In this document: positions 56,842 to 56,969 of the stretch, piece after piece | How the letters are laid out: every line of letters starts with the position of its first letter | How positions within the stretch are numbered: position 1 is the stretch's first letter | Virus record (IMG/VR): IMGVR_UViG_3300048838_000199 | Location: 1 to 56,969 of that record | Reading direction: 5' to 3' (one strand) | DNA: 56,969 nt | Source of the DNA: a virus | Taxonomy: Duplodnaviria; Caudoviricetes | Translations under genes and position numbers: made by a program | Notes under the pieces: generated by a model | What the model was told of the DNA's origin: nothing | Databases searched by the model: none | The model's input: only the letters and a program-made list of their open reading frames with translations

Positions 56842-56969
56842 TTACTTCTTGCCCCCGCCGCCGCCGCCTTGGTTCACAATGACCTCGCGCACGTCGCCAG
56901 CATAGACCACGACGCACCCAACACGTTCGCGCCCGTACACCGTCGGAATCGGCACCCCTTGGCTGGAAC
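56842..56969 (-). CDS. C-terminal part of the ORF that begins at 179
   Basis: SSQGVPIPTVYGR..GGGGGGKK-stop. Confidence 0.75.
   Translation of the reverse strand, partial: SSQGVPIPTVYGRERVGCVVVYAGDVREVIVNQGGGGGGKK

Larger units (their letters stand above)
1..56969 (-). mobile_element. Near-complete tailed phage genome (siphovirus-like, GTA-type tail tip), circularly permuted
   Basis: Head, packaging, tail, lysis and replication genes all present; no host housekeeping genes; both ends fall within one tail gene. Confidence 0.95.

Noticed and set aside
1-56969. Stop-codon reassignment
   Set aside because: Genes are intact in the standard code and all three stops are used; only one in-frame TAA split (56842)

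Overview
The window is an almost complete, circularly permuted genome of a GC-rich tailed phage (siphovirus-like). The two ends fall inside one tail gene, with a few bases missing at the join. Nearly all genes lie on the minus strand. Recognisable modules: GTA-type tail tip (DUF2460, DUF2163, NlpC/P60, J-like), tape measure with an embedded M15-like peptidase, frameshifted tail chaperones, tail tube, neck and head genes, portal, terminases, CHAP endolysin, holin, and replication/recombination genes (initiator with iterons, RusA, phiC31 gp3-like protein, exonuclease), plus ThyX and a DNA methyltransferase. No integrase, RNA gene or CRISPR array was seen. Five signals stand out: (1) a structured leader whose loop is antisense to the start of a 23-aa peptide coupled to the replication initiator; (2) genome-wide exclusion of GAG(G/C) and GCGG from the + strand regardless of gene direction; (3) repeated terminator-promoter-operator cassettes driving leaderless mRNAs; (4) a MuF head protein with a kinase-like C-terminus and a candidate immunity gene; (5) a TopoVI-A-like protein near a GHKL ATPase. 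All product calls come from motif recognition by eye; no database searches were run, and many starts were re-chosen from stop/start overlaps or promoter spacing.
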